A DNA stretch of 64,000 nucleotides from Girardia tigrina (Eukaryota), in assembly GCA_001938485.1 (NCBI GenBank), contig MQRK01239514.1, positions 1 through 64,000 on the forward strand, read 5' to 3'. Under the pieces are notes generated by a model. It saw only the letters and a program-made list of their open reading frames with translations, did not search any database and had not been told where the DNA came from. Of the stretch, positions 26,915-38,653 are shown in pieces. The position numbers and the translations under genes are program-made. Position 1 is the first letter of the stretch. The number at the start of each line of letters is the position of its first letter.

Positions 26915-27993
26915 CAGGGTGCGGCAGCTATTTGAGAACACGTAATATAGACACCATATCTTTTTGTGTGTTATAATTACATAATTTTATTTTTGCTGGT
27001 AGACATGGCAGAAGCTACTCTNNNNNNNNNNNNNNNNNNNNNNNNNNNNNNNNNNNNNNNNNNNNNNNNNNNNNNNNNNNNNNNNNNNNNNNNNNNNNNN
27101 NNNNNNNNNNNNNNNNNNNNNNNNNNNNNNNNNNNNNNNNNNNNNNNNNNNNNNNNNNNNNNNNNNNNNNNNNNNNNNNNNNNNNNNNNNNNNNNNNNNN
27201 NNNNNNNNNNNNNNNNNNNNNNNNNNNNNNNNNNNNNNNNNNNNNNNNNNNNNNNNNNNNNNNNNNNNNNNNNNNNNNNNNNNNNNNNNNNNNNNNNNNN
27301 NNNNNNNNNNNNNNNNNNNNNNNNNNNNNNNNNNNNNNNNNNNNNNNNNNNNNNNNNNNNNNNNNNNNNNNNNNNNNNNNNNNNNNNNNNNNNNNNNNNN
27401 NNNNNNNNNNNNNNNNNNNNNNNNNNNNNNNNNNNNNNNNNNNNNNNNNNNNNNNNNNNNNNNNNNNNNNNNNNNNNNNNNNNNNNNNNNNNNNNNNNNN
27501 NNNNNNNNNNNNNNNNNNNNNNNNNNNNNNNNNNNNNNNNNNNNNNNNNNNNNNNNNNNNNNNNNNNNNNNNNNNNNNNNNNNNNNNNNNNNNNNNNNNN
27601 NNNNNNNNNNNNNNNNNNNNNNNNNNNNNNNNNNNNNNNNNNNNNNNNNNNNNNNNNNNNNNNNNNNNNNNNNNNNNNNNNNNNNNNNNNNNNNNNNNNN
27701 NNNNNNNNNNNNNNNNNNNNNNNNNNNNNNNNNNNNNNNNNNNNNNNNNNNNNNNNNNNNNNNNNNNNNNNNNNNNNNNNNNNNNNNNNNNNNNNNNNNN
27801 NNNNNNNNNNNNNNNNNNNNNNNNNNNNNNNNNNNNNNNNNNNNNNNNNNNNNNNNNNNNNNNNNNNNNNNNNNNNNNNNNNNTACGTGTTAATATATGT
27901 AAAATTTTAAATTGTAATAAATGTTATTTTTCTGTTGTATATTCATTTTTTGAACTTTATGTCATTTTGTTCTCAAATAGCTGCCGCACCCTG
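26915..27993 (+). mobile_element. Tc1/mariner superfamily element, rosa/DD41D-like TIRs (interior in N gap)
   Basis: TA TSD; perfect 26-bp TIR CAGGGTGCGGCAGCTATTTGAGAACA. Confidence 0.85.
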
Positions 27994-29111
27994 TATTTAT
28001 CGTTAATTTAGAATTTATTTTGTTTATATTTTTATTTATTCACATTAAAAGAGTTCATCGAACGTTAATTTGTTCAATTAGGTCTTTTACACTTCTTACC
28101 ATATTCAATAGCTGTGATATATGAGTGTATTTTCTCCAACTTGAAACCCTCCATAAGTTGAAAAAAAATTTCTGCACCGCGAATTTCAACTTATAGGAGT
28201 TTTACTGTATATGTATATATTTTTTTTGTCTTTTATTAAAAATCAGTTTTTATATAAAATTTGGAAATTAAATTAAAAAAANNNNNNNNNNNNNNNNNNN
28301 NNNNNNNNNNNNNNNNNNNNNNNNNNNNNNNNNNNNNNNNNNNNNNNNNNNNNNNNNNNNNNNNNNNNNNNNNNNNNNNNNNNNNNNNNNNNNNNNNNNN
28401 NNNNNNNNNNNNAATTTATATAAAAATTGATTTTTAAGAAAAGATAAAAAATGATTTAAAAGAAATTTGTAAATGAAAAATAGAAGAAATTTCACTTTAA
28501 TTATCATATAAATAAAAAAAACGCGGATAATTCAAATTGATTATTATCCATTATTTTGTTCAATATTTTGAAGTGTAATTTTAAGACAGAATCGATATTT
28601 TGAGAAAACTGTACGAATAATCGTTATCCTTTTTCTTGAAAAGAAACGTAATATTGGATAAAAAAATAATGAAAAATCAATATCGAAAGATTTTTTTTAA
28701 AAATATCACGTTCATGCATTTTTTAAGAAAACAACATTTAAAAATATTTATTCATCAATAAATTTGTTGTTGAAAATAAGTTTTAATTTTTTATTTAAAA
28801 TAAATATTCTTAAATAAAATAAATTTACTCTAAATGCTATTAATTTTGATGGAACAATCGTCTTCATCAAACTAAACTCAATTGGAATATAAAACGGATT
28901 CAGGAAAATAATGGAAGGGAAAACGACAATAATATTGCTCTATAATGTAACGTATTGTTTAATTAGTAAAGTTTATTTAAGTAATTGTAAGACTTTGTGT
29001 TGACAATTCAATAATTACTGAGAAAAGGGGATTCGTGAAGCATTGATGATCAAATCCTTTGATCCTAAAATCAGTGTGCAAGCACCATATTTTTCAACTT
29101 CATTGCAAATA

Positions 29112-30407
29112 TTAGGTTGGTCGAAAAATAATGGCGGTTTTGGGACACAAACTTCAAAGAAGTGCAAAATCACAGAAACAAAAGTTTATTAATCAAAGTA
29201 TGAACCGTTGGTATCAATACATTTTTGCCAACGAGAAACAAGTCGTTTTATTCCATCAGCATAAAATACATCGGTTCTCGAAGCGACGAATTCTTGGGAG
29301 GCATTTTGAGCATCATTTTGGTTTTTGAAATTTTTTTCACGTGGGAAGTTATACAAATGCCTGAAAAAGTAGAAGTCCTTTGGAGAGAGGTCTGGTGAAT
29401 ATGGTGGATGAAGCAGGGTTTCATAGCCCAACTCATTAAGATTTTGAAGAGTCACTTTTGAAATATGAGGTGTAGCGTTATCATAAAGAAGGACGGGACT
29501 TTTTCGATTGACCAATCCCGGACAAAGGGTTTTCAATTTCTTATGCATTTCATCAATTTCATGTCAGTACCCCTCCGCTGTGATTGTTTCACCTGGATTC
29601 AAGAAACTATATTGGATGATTGCAGCATCACACCACCAAACTGTCACCATAACCTTACGGGGTGTTAGTTTCGGTTTTGGAAAGTGTTTCGGTACTTCAT
29701 CTTTGTCCAACCACTGTGCAGATCGACGTCGNNNNNNNNNNNNNNNNNNNNNNNNNNNNNNNNNNNNNNNNNNNNNNNNNNNNNNNNNNNNNNNNNNNNN
29801 NNNNNNNNNNNNNNNNNNNNNNNNNNNNNNNNNNNNNNNNNNNNNNNNNNNNNNNNNNNNNNNNNNNNNNNNNNNNNNNNNNNNNNNNNNNNNNNNNNNN
29901 NNNNNNNNNNNNNNNNNNNNNNNNNNNNNNNNNNNNNNNNNNNNNNNNNNNNNNNNNNNNNNNNNNNNNNNNNNNNNNNNNNNNNNNNNNNNNNNNNNNN
30001 NNNNNNNNNNNNNNNNNNNNNNNNNNNNNNNNNNNNNNNNNNNNNNNNNNNNNNNNNNNNNNNNNNNNNNNNNNNNNNNNNNNNNNNNNTCGTTGCACTG
30101 TGCGCTCAGAAGCTGTTCCCTTGCCAAACCCTTTATTGATATTGCGAGCCGTTTCTGCTGCTTTACGACCCAGTTTAAATTCGTACAAGAAAATTGCTCG
30201 AATTTTAAGTTTTTCCATTATTAATTTAGCACCGTAAATATTCTAAAAAAATAACAGCAATATGTTAATAATGGTTATAGGAATATACAGCTAGGCATAA
30301 GATTTCAAATAATATCTAACACTAATGCATTTAAACTTATATACATATCAAAGTAGATAAACAAAGTATAAAGCTCAAAAACCGCCATTATTTTTCGACC
30401 AACCTAA
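29112..30407 (-). mobile_element. Full-length mariner (cecropia/Hsmar1-like), ~1.3 kb, frameshifted transposase
   Basis: TA TSD. Perfect ~30-bp TIR TTAGGTTGGTCGAAAAATAATGGCGGTTTT. MEKLKIRAIFLYEFKLGRKAAETARNIN, RRSAQWLD, KVMVTVWW, YDNATPH, HPPYSPDLSPKD. Confidence 0.95.
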
Positions 30408-30747
30408 TATTTTTATGATTTATAAATTACATAATCAATACATAAACATTATTTTAATTTATAAATGCGAACACATCACTGTTAATTTAGTTTAATAATA
30501 CCGTCGAAAATAATAGCATTAAATAATGATGAACATTTTTTGTGTTTAGAAGCAAGTTATCATTATTTACATATTTATTTTAATTAATTATTTTTTAATA
30601 AAGTTTTTGGAACTTGTATTTTACATAAATAACAAAATAAATATAGAACGATCATTCTTGTTTCATTGCCAACTGACAATGTTTATCGATTTTTTTTTAT
30701 AAAAGAATATACTTATTCTAAAACAAACAATAATAATTGTTAATAAT

Positions 30748-31226
30748 TGTGGTGCTCCTGAAAATTTTAACAAAAAATTTTCTTTTGTTTCATCAAACTA
30801 ACTATTATAATATGGTGTAACAATTTTGAATTGTACACAGATTTAAATTCCCAAATACATAAGTTTTGATTTATTTTCTTCGTTTTCTCACGAAAATTTT
30901 GAAATTAAATATAAAAATGAAAGCGAGCCGTACCGCTTGGACTCGACGGACCGTACAACACACCCTGTCGTCTCACACGACTCAGCGGAGCTCAGCGACC
31001 GCATCAATGCAGCATCCGGGTCGCGGTTTGACGAGTCTATTGGATCATATGCCGCTTCGAGCGATACCGGTCACTGGGCCGGTAACGCGGTAAGGGAAAC
31101 CGCGGCTAGTCGAACTGATGACTGCTGTCCAGTTGAATCCGATCGAAAGCAGTTGACATCGAACCGGTCGATACTTCCCGCACGAGAAACGGGTGCTGGT
31201 CTTCACAGCCGGAGGCCAGCACCATA
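30748..31226 (+). mobile_element. Solo LTR (Gypsy, 5-bp TSD type)
   Basis: Termini TGTGGTGCT...AGCACCATA. TSD ATAAT on both sides. 3' end GGCCAGCACC is shared with the PBS-adjacent LTR end at 50443-50455. Confidence 0.8.
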
Positions 31227-31535
31227 ATAATGTTAATAAATGTAGAACACTCATAGAACATCCAAATAACACTTATTTATAGTAAAATAATATATTTATT
31301 TGACTATTATTATTATCAGTGTCTTCATGGACATACTTAAAGGTTCTTGCTAGCCGTAGCTGTTTATTTTTATATTAATTAAATATTGTAAACATAGTAA
31401 ATTAAATTTAAAATAGTGTAAAATAATGATGGGTGTACAGACTGTTAGAGCTATTGTTACATACTTATAGTGTGCCACAGTTCCAATGTCTTAGTGTCTA
31501 TGTATATACTTTCAAGCTGTCACACTATGTAACTA

Positions 31536-31750
31536 CAGTTGAACTCGGCTATCTCGAAAACAAGGATATCTCAAAGCAAATTTAAGTAAAATTTTGTTAA
31601 ATTTGCACGTATATCTCGTGTTTTTATAATTTAAATTTATTTGTTTTATAAAGTTGGTATAGTCGGTGATATGTTCGTGATCAACGATATAGTTGATAAT
31701 AAAAATTATTTATTAATATAACAATTAACATTTTTTCAAACATACTTATG
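31536..31750. mobile_element. pogo/Tigger-like MITE, left end only
   Basis: TA|CAGTTGAACTCGGCTATCTCGAA with repeated atatctcg motifs. Confidence 0.5.
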
Positions 31751-31752
31751 TG

Positions 31753-33623
31753 TGTTACGATGCAACCCTTTTACGAGTGTACAAAAAGAAAAGGGGAATA
31801 GTCTAACTCGACTATTCCCCAGTATGTTTATATAAGCCCCATCTAACACAACTAACCCCACAGACCATAAAGGCCCGTAGGCGTCGCGTTGGACGGAGCC
31901 AGAATTAGCACCTTCGTAGGTTTGTGACGACCCTCGGAGACGTCAGCCGGAGAACCTTATAAAATAGAAATAAATAAGTCAAACCTTTAATAAATTAATC
32001 GAAATAATTGCTTAAAATTCCAGAAAACAGAACTGATTAATCCTGAATCAGCAGTCTGCTGATCTCCACGGCGGCTTGACAGGAACATCGCGATGTTTAC
32101 CTAAAAATGGATAAATGTAAAGACACAACAAGACATATGATATTACCAGCGACGACGCCGACCAAATATTCCGATATATGTAGCTCGACATTTGTTCTAC
32201 AATAAATAAATATGAAACATCACTCTTACCCAGTAACTAATGAATAAACTGCAATCAGATAAACAACTGTTCATTAGCAGGAATGAAACCTTGCCAGTGA
32301 ATCGCTGTCGCATCCGTGAATCGTGGATGCGACGACCGTCTTAATAAACCATCAGCTGTACAGATAAAGGCCGGATGATTGCAATCATGCACTCATCCTG
32401 AAATTAAACAACCATCATGAGACGACGATTGACGCGACATATTCACCGACAGTTAATCATCCTGCCAAAGCACTGATAAGTTGACTATGTAAATGATTTT
32501 GGAGAATCAAAAATGACAAGACAACTAACTCGATTGTCGATGTCGTGCAGTAGAATAATTAGTAATTTACAGGGAGGATGCATTCGTTCGTGTTGAGGGA
32601 GAGACAAATAAATAAGAAAACACATGTACAGACACACCATCCATCGCACGCGAACGTGTAGGAGTGCAGGAAGGTTCGAGAATCTCGGACTTTGCACAGC
32701 CGTTCGAAATATAAATAGCGAATTTATTTCACTCAGACACACACAATTTTCACTACACTTTTACTTTACTTCAATTCACGCACATTTACAACTTACAGGA
32801 TTTTAAGAAAATTTTCATTTTTGGAACGGAGTGATATTCCTAATTTTACAAGTACGGGTTGTTATTGTTAGATGATCATTCATTTACGTATATAATTTTG
32901 TTACAATTTATATAATTTTGATATAATTCCGATATAAATGTTGTTATTATGTTTTGCCTGATTTAATATGTTTTTGAAAATACTTATGATGCTTTTTAAT
33001 TATGATTATACGATGAAAGGCATGGACTATCTCAGAATTACATATTTTCGGTTAATTATTATATTCCGATGAATGCCGAGTTAGCCGGGCTAACCGAATT
33101 ATTCTTAAGTGAATAGAGGGCCTCATTGATCAGTAATGATGTCTTAAGAACGAGGAGAGCTGCAAGAGTTGATCCCCGACACCGTTTTGAGTCAAGTGTC
33201 GGAATACTCACCAGAATGTAGTTCGAAAAGGCCTTTGTAAATATTATGTAAATAACGTTCTAGTCCATTCCTTTCATACGTGTTCCTTATTTTAGTTATT
33301 TTTCTTTCCCTTTTAATGATTATACGAGTAGCCAGATATTATTAGAGATGTACATATAAACGCTTAGTTGTTATTGAGATATTCCGTTGTTATGAAGTAA
33401 TTAAAATTGTCAGATTTAGGTTTTATACAGATGATTATGATTAGAAAATAATTAAAGCAATTAAATTCAGATCTTAACGGTTGATTAATGTAATTAGTTA
33501 AATGAAACAAATATGATTTTTAGTACTGAATTGATTAGTAGTGGCCACCGAAGTTGACGACAGAATTAATCTGGAAACAGTATGTGTGTGAGGGTGGGAC
33601 CACACGGAGAGTGTTGCATAAGA
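31753..33623. mobile_element. Putative long (~1.9 kb) solo LTR
   Basis: Starts TGTTACG; possible degenerate end ...TTGCATAAGA. TATAAATA at ~32710 followed by CTCAGAC. Minus-strand splice-like signals on the left half, same layout as 38654-42340. No TSD found. Confidence 0.4.
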
Positions 33624-34550
33624 AAGCAAAGAAGGAGTATGATAAAGTAATTTCAAAAGATTCGCATAAAGATAAAAGATAAAAGTTGCATAAAGATGAT
33701 CTTTCTATAAAGTTGATAATTGATAAATAATAAATGTAAAGCTGTGAACATAATAATTCGTAATACCTGCATAGAGATGTTATTTGCGTAAAGAATTATT
33801 TGTATAAATATGATAGGTGATAAATAACAAATGCGATACTGTGAATGTAATATAACCATATAAACAGAATACAATATCAATATATGAAAATATGGTAAAA
33901 AAAACCAAGTTTTGGAATGATACAGTGATCCTACTTCTTATTTCTTAATATTTAATTTAATTAGTTAATAATTACTTCTATTTAATATAATGTCAGATTT
34001 AACTCCTCGGGTGTAACTGATAATATATACAATAATAAATTCTGATGTAATTTCCTGTAATAATAATAATCCTGTAAATAATCTTTCCTAAACTCAACGG
34101 TCGAATCAATTTTAACAACGAATATGATGTAAGAATCTTTTTGAGGATTGTTTGAGGATATATAGTGAGAGATATTGTCGAATATCAAAGAATTTAATTT
34201 ACAATCTTAATTGTTCGTTCCGTCTTCAATTCTTCATGAAATTTCTTAATTATTAAGTCAAAGTTCTTTACAATAGAATTTTATCGATTAACAGGTATTT
34301 GTATGGTATGATCCTTTTAGTCTAGATCTAATAAAAATGATTTTTAACAATATTTTTTCATGGTAGAAATTTAATAAAATTTCAGTCGAGTTTACGAGAT
34401 TGACAGAAATATATAAAGCAATTAAGTGAGGTGAAGATAATGTCTCACGCTTTTTAGAGTTTGTAAATGATCTTCACCCTAATATCAAGTTTACCTTTGA
34501 AATGGAAAATACTAATAAACTATCATTTTTAGATGTATTAATAAGAAAGA

Positions 34551-35315
34551 ATGAATCAGACTCGAATATATCGAAAACCAACTGATACCGGTTTGTACAG
34601 TTGTCCAAACAGTTTTTCTGACCCAATATACAATAGGAACATGATTAAAGGTTTGGAACATAGAGTCTGGGGTTTAACATCAACCATTGAGATATTTGAT
34701 AATGAAGTTGATGAACTTCATAATAGGCTTTCTAAAAATGGATTTAATAAAAAGTATTTAAATAAAATCATAAAAGATACTGTTGAATCCATTTATTTAA
34801 AATCAAATAATGCATCAAATATAACTTCGGGAAATGACATTGATAATCAAATGACTATCCATCTAAAATTACCGTACTCAGAGAGAGCAAAAGAGTTCAA
34901 ACGATTTTTAGAACATCGAACATCCGTTGGCTTAAAATTGAGAGTAATCTTTTTAACTAATAAATGCCGGAACTATTTTTCCAACAAATCAAAAACTCCT
35001 TTGTGTATTAAGGCAAATCTAGTTTATCAATTCAAATGTCACAAGTGCGAAGCCTTGTACATTGGAGAGACAAGTCGTCATTTCCGCACTAGAATTGCTG
35101 AACATACTCTATCGAGTAGAAATAGTTCGATATTGAGCCATATTAAAAGATGTAAAGGTAATCTTATGGATTACAATAAAGATTTTAAAGTGATTTTAAA
35201 TAATTTTGACACAAATTATGAAAGGATTATTGCCGAAGCATTGTTAATAAAGTATCATAAACCATGCTTAAACGTACAAGGTAATTCATCTAATCATATT
35301 AAAGTTTTTTTTTAA
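34551..35315 (+). pseudogene. PLE RT C-terminus/GIY-YIG endonuclease ORF (254 aa, truncated)
   Basis: ORF track; VY...YIG and CCHH-associated residues present; frameshift just upstream. Confidence 0.85.
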
Positions 35316-35430
35316 ATATCATTAAAAATACTTTTCTTTTTTTTTAAAGAAAAGAAAAAAAGCATGTTTTTGAGACGTATGATGTAATAGTTTTCAACTA
35401 TATAAATAGCAATTAATCACTTTATTTCAT

Positions 35431-35467
35431 TGCACTGAAGATGCCGAAATGGTGAAACGCGTTTGTA
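35431..35467 (+). ncRNA. Minimal type I hammerhead ribozyme (PLE-associated)
   Basis: UGCA-CUGAAGA-U-GCC-GAAAU-GGU-GAA-ACGCGU-U-UGUA: core intact, palindromic stem III ACGCGU. Confidence 0.75.
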
Positions 35468-35522
35468 TTGGGAATAAATTTAATATTCAAAAATGGCCTT
35501 TCTTTTCATTAATATATATATA

Positions 35523-35757
35523 CTAGTAAATAACCCGTCATGTATGACGGATATAATTATATTTCATATTATCTACTTACAATTGTAAGTAGATAATTAT
35601 ATTAATAATAATTCATATGGAAAATTATCATGAATAATTCTGCTAATAATAATTTCCCATATGAATTATTATTAATATAAATATCTACTTACAATTGTAA
35701 GTAGATAATATGAGCGTTAGTGAAGCAGTGAGTGACTTGGGCTTTTATAAGATAAGA
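35523..35757 (-). mobile_element. Non-autonomous Helitron with long internal palindrome
   Basis: Minus strand: A|TC start (TCTTATCTTATAAAAG, cactcact microsatellite), 3' hairpin CCGTCAT-AC-ATGACGG, end CTAG|T. No TSD. Confidence 0.8.
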
Positions 35758-36594
35758 TATATATATATCAATTGTAGACGTGGGCACGTTTTAAAATTTT
35801 CTAAACTTTTAAACGGTCTTCGTTTAGCGTAATAAACGTTTTAAAACATTTAAACGATCTATAACTTCATGAAGAAACATAACGAGCAAGCTTTATTTTC
35901 TGCAAAGTCCATTCATTTCAATAATTCCATGGATTATAAATTCAATAATGCTTTTGTTATCTGATCCAAAATGAAATCTTTAAATTCAAAGATAACCTTG
36001 ATCTCAGATTCAATAGAAATCAGGGGACTTAATAATAAATCAAGAACCTTTGCAATCATGCACTACGTGTGTCAGATACCTCCTTAAGTATTTATTTAGT
36101 GACTAAATGTATTTATTAGTTTGTACATTAAATCATTTATATAATTTTTCTACAATTTTAAATATGTGTATGTAAAATTGAATCAAGTGATGTCATATAT
36201 CATATCTAATATATCATAAATTAATATATTATTTTCTAAAATTAAGCTTTCATATTTTCAACATTACTTCCTTATTCAACTTTTTCTGATTTGTCTTTAT
36301 TTCTTTATTAAAACAGTATGTATCATATACTTCTTTCCAACAATCTAATTCGCAAACTGCGATAGGGGTATCTTCCAACACTCAATTATTACACACACAA
36401 TCACATACACCAACATTTTTACTTTTTAATGAAGGACACTGATCCCCTCTCCTTGTGATCAGGCATCCTCGTTTTCCTGGTCTTTGACATATGCCTGTCT
36501 ATAATCTGTAAAGATTCCTTGCCTAGAGTTTCCTTCATTTGGTCGTGTTTCGTATTTTGTGATTGCTGATGCATTCATGAAGATCGTCACCATT

Positions 36595-36690
36595 CATCTG
36601 CTATTCAAATTCAAAGACAAATACGTTGGTTGGAAAATGTCGAAAGAAGGAATCACAATCCTATTATGTAGCAACATGACAGGCATTAAT
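36595..36690 (+). pseudogene. pogo/Tigger transposase fragment
   Basis: FKDKYVGWKMSKEGITILLCSNMTG resembles the G.K.SKERITVLLCANMTG motif of DDE_1 transposases. Confidence 0.7.
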
Positions 36691-38653
36691 TTGCTGTTAA
36701 CTGCAAGTCACTGTACATTAAATTTTTTATTCGGTATTATTCACGTAATAATTTATTTCTTTGTTGTTGTATGAAGTGGTGATACACTAATGTATAATAA
36801 AACAAATTGAATAATAAATTTGAAATTTCGTCAAATGAGGGTGGTTAAATTTAATAAAATTGATATTTTATGTCGCTAACGGATTATGTGGTTAATGATC
36901 AGAAAAATAATATTTAAAATAAATATTTTTTTTAAAAAATATGTACGCATGTGTACTTGATGAGTATGTAATTTAACACGAATAATTATTAATCGATTTT
37001 TTAAAGATTTTGTTTATTGTGATTTTATACCTCATTAATCTGGAGCTTCTATAATTTTTTTATTTTGAATTCGTAAATGTATTAATAAATTAGTATTTAA
37101 ATACATTGCTAGATGAATAAGTTTGCAAAATTTCATGTCACAAGCTATAAAAATTTCGGCAAATTATTGCTGCATAACAGACCAAATGAGCTAATGTACA
37201 TAAAACGCGGTAAATAAATAATCGTTATTTGAAAATTTAAGATAAAATAATTTACTGGAATTGATATTTCGTCTAAATATGTCTATAATTAATGCTCGAA
37301 GAATGTATATTTAGAGTTAAATTATAAAATCCAAACTTGTATTTGATGAGATTTTAGTTCATCTCGAAAAATTATTATTCAACATTCTATTACTTTGAAT
37401 ACTATTTTCTTGACTACCATTTACTATAACTATCGATTTAATACATTTTATATTGTTCCAATTTTAGATCAATAAATAGTCAAATCAGTTTTAAGAACTT
37501 TTTTGTATAACATATAAATACGCTAAGTTACATTTAAGATGTGAAAATAAACACTTACTAGTAAATTTTTTACTAGTCAGAAACACTGAGTTAGACATGT
37601 GATACTTCCATCACTATCGACACAAAATTATTACTATCTGTACTAAAGGTGAGAATTGCTAAAAACAATATTTCGAGGAACATCCAAGTATATAACATAT
37701 TGAAATTCAAAGAAATGAACGGACAAAGTATAGTGAAAATAACTAAAGATTGGCTAACCAATCAAGAAATGAATTTGTATATAAAATTTAAAGTACTGTA
37801 AAAATTTCACTGACTATGACGCGTCAAGAGAGTCTATATAGAAATAATATACAAATGCCATGAACAGAAAACAATATAAAATAAAAATAAATAACACGCG
37901 CTTTCAAAAATTTTTCAAAATTTAAGCAATCATAATATGAAGAACGTCACCCACAAATTGAAAAAAAACAATTACTATAAAAATCAAAGAACGATTTCGA
38001 AAAAAATTATTCATTTTTAAAACATTCAAAAATCATTGTTAATATTTCGATTTCATTCTCCAACTGTAAGAATTCCTTCTTTCATTGTTTCGTCATTCAA
38101 TAACCTGAAATAATATTCTTCATTAATTGAATGAATTATGAAATTGATATTTTATTAATCAATAGAATAATCAGATTAAAATAATTGTCAACAGAACACT
38201 GTCGGGGAAAGAATTGTAATCATTTGTACGTTTATTTAAATGAAATAAAAAAACATAAAAATACGAACCTTCTTTCAAAATATTCCCTTTCATATGTTTC
38301 AATGCATTTTCGAGTTGACAATTATTAAGAAAGAAAAAATTAGTTAATAAAAATTGCACAAAGTAAATAATTTATTTCGACAAATTTAATCAGTAAAATA
38401 AGTAGCAGTAAGTAGTAAATAAGTAGTATTATCATCATTGAATTGTCGAATAGAATTACAAAAACGTTTTGACTTACTTTTTAAAAATATTTTTTCTTTA
38501 TATTTCAGTGTATTTAAACAAATTATTTTTTTAATTTATTTTTGCTTCATTTATATTTCATTTTTAGATATTTTATCGAGTTATTAAACGATTGAGAAAT
38601 GCCATTTAAAAATAAGAAATAATATTTTTAAAATAACCGAGACATTATCATTT

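Larger units (their letters stand above)
24332..28207. mobile_element. pogo/Tigger-like MITE expanded by nested insertions
   Basis: TA|CAGTAA...cctcctaagttgaaa on the left, tttcaacttataggagttttactg|TA on the right; repeated taagttgaaa subterminal motifs. Confidence 0.6.
34450..35500 (+). mobile_element. 5'-truncated Penelope-like element (RT thumb + GIY-YIG)
   Basis: FVNDLHPNIKFTFEMENTNKLSFLDVLI, IYRKPTDTGLY, LVYQFKCHKCEALYIGETSRHFRTRIAEH, EALLIKYHKPCLN. TATAAATA at 35401, then a hammerhead, then AATAAA. Confidence 0.93.

Noticed and set aside
31113-31160. CTGATGA...CGAAA, a possible hammerhead in the solo LTR
   Set aside because: Stem II closing pair is C-C and no stem I/III with an NUH site could be built.
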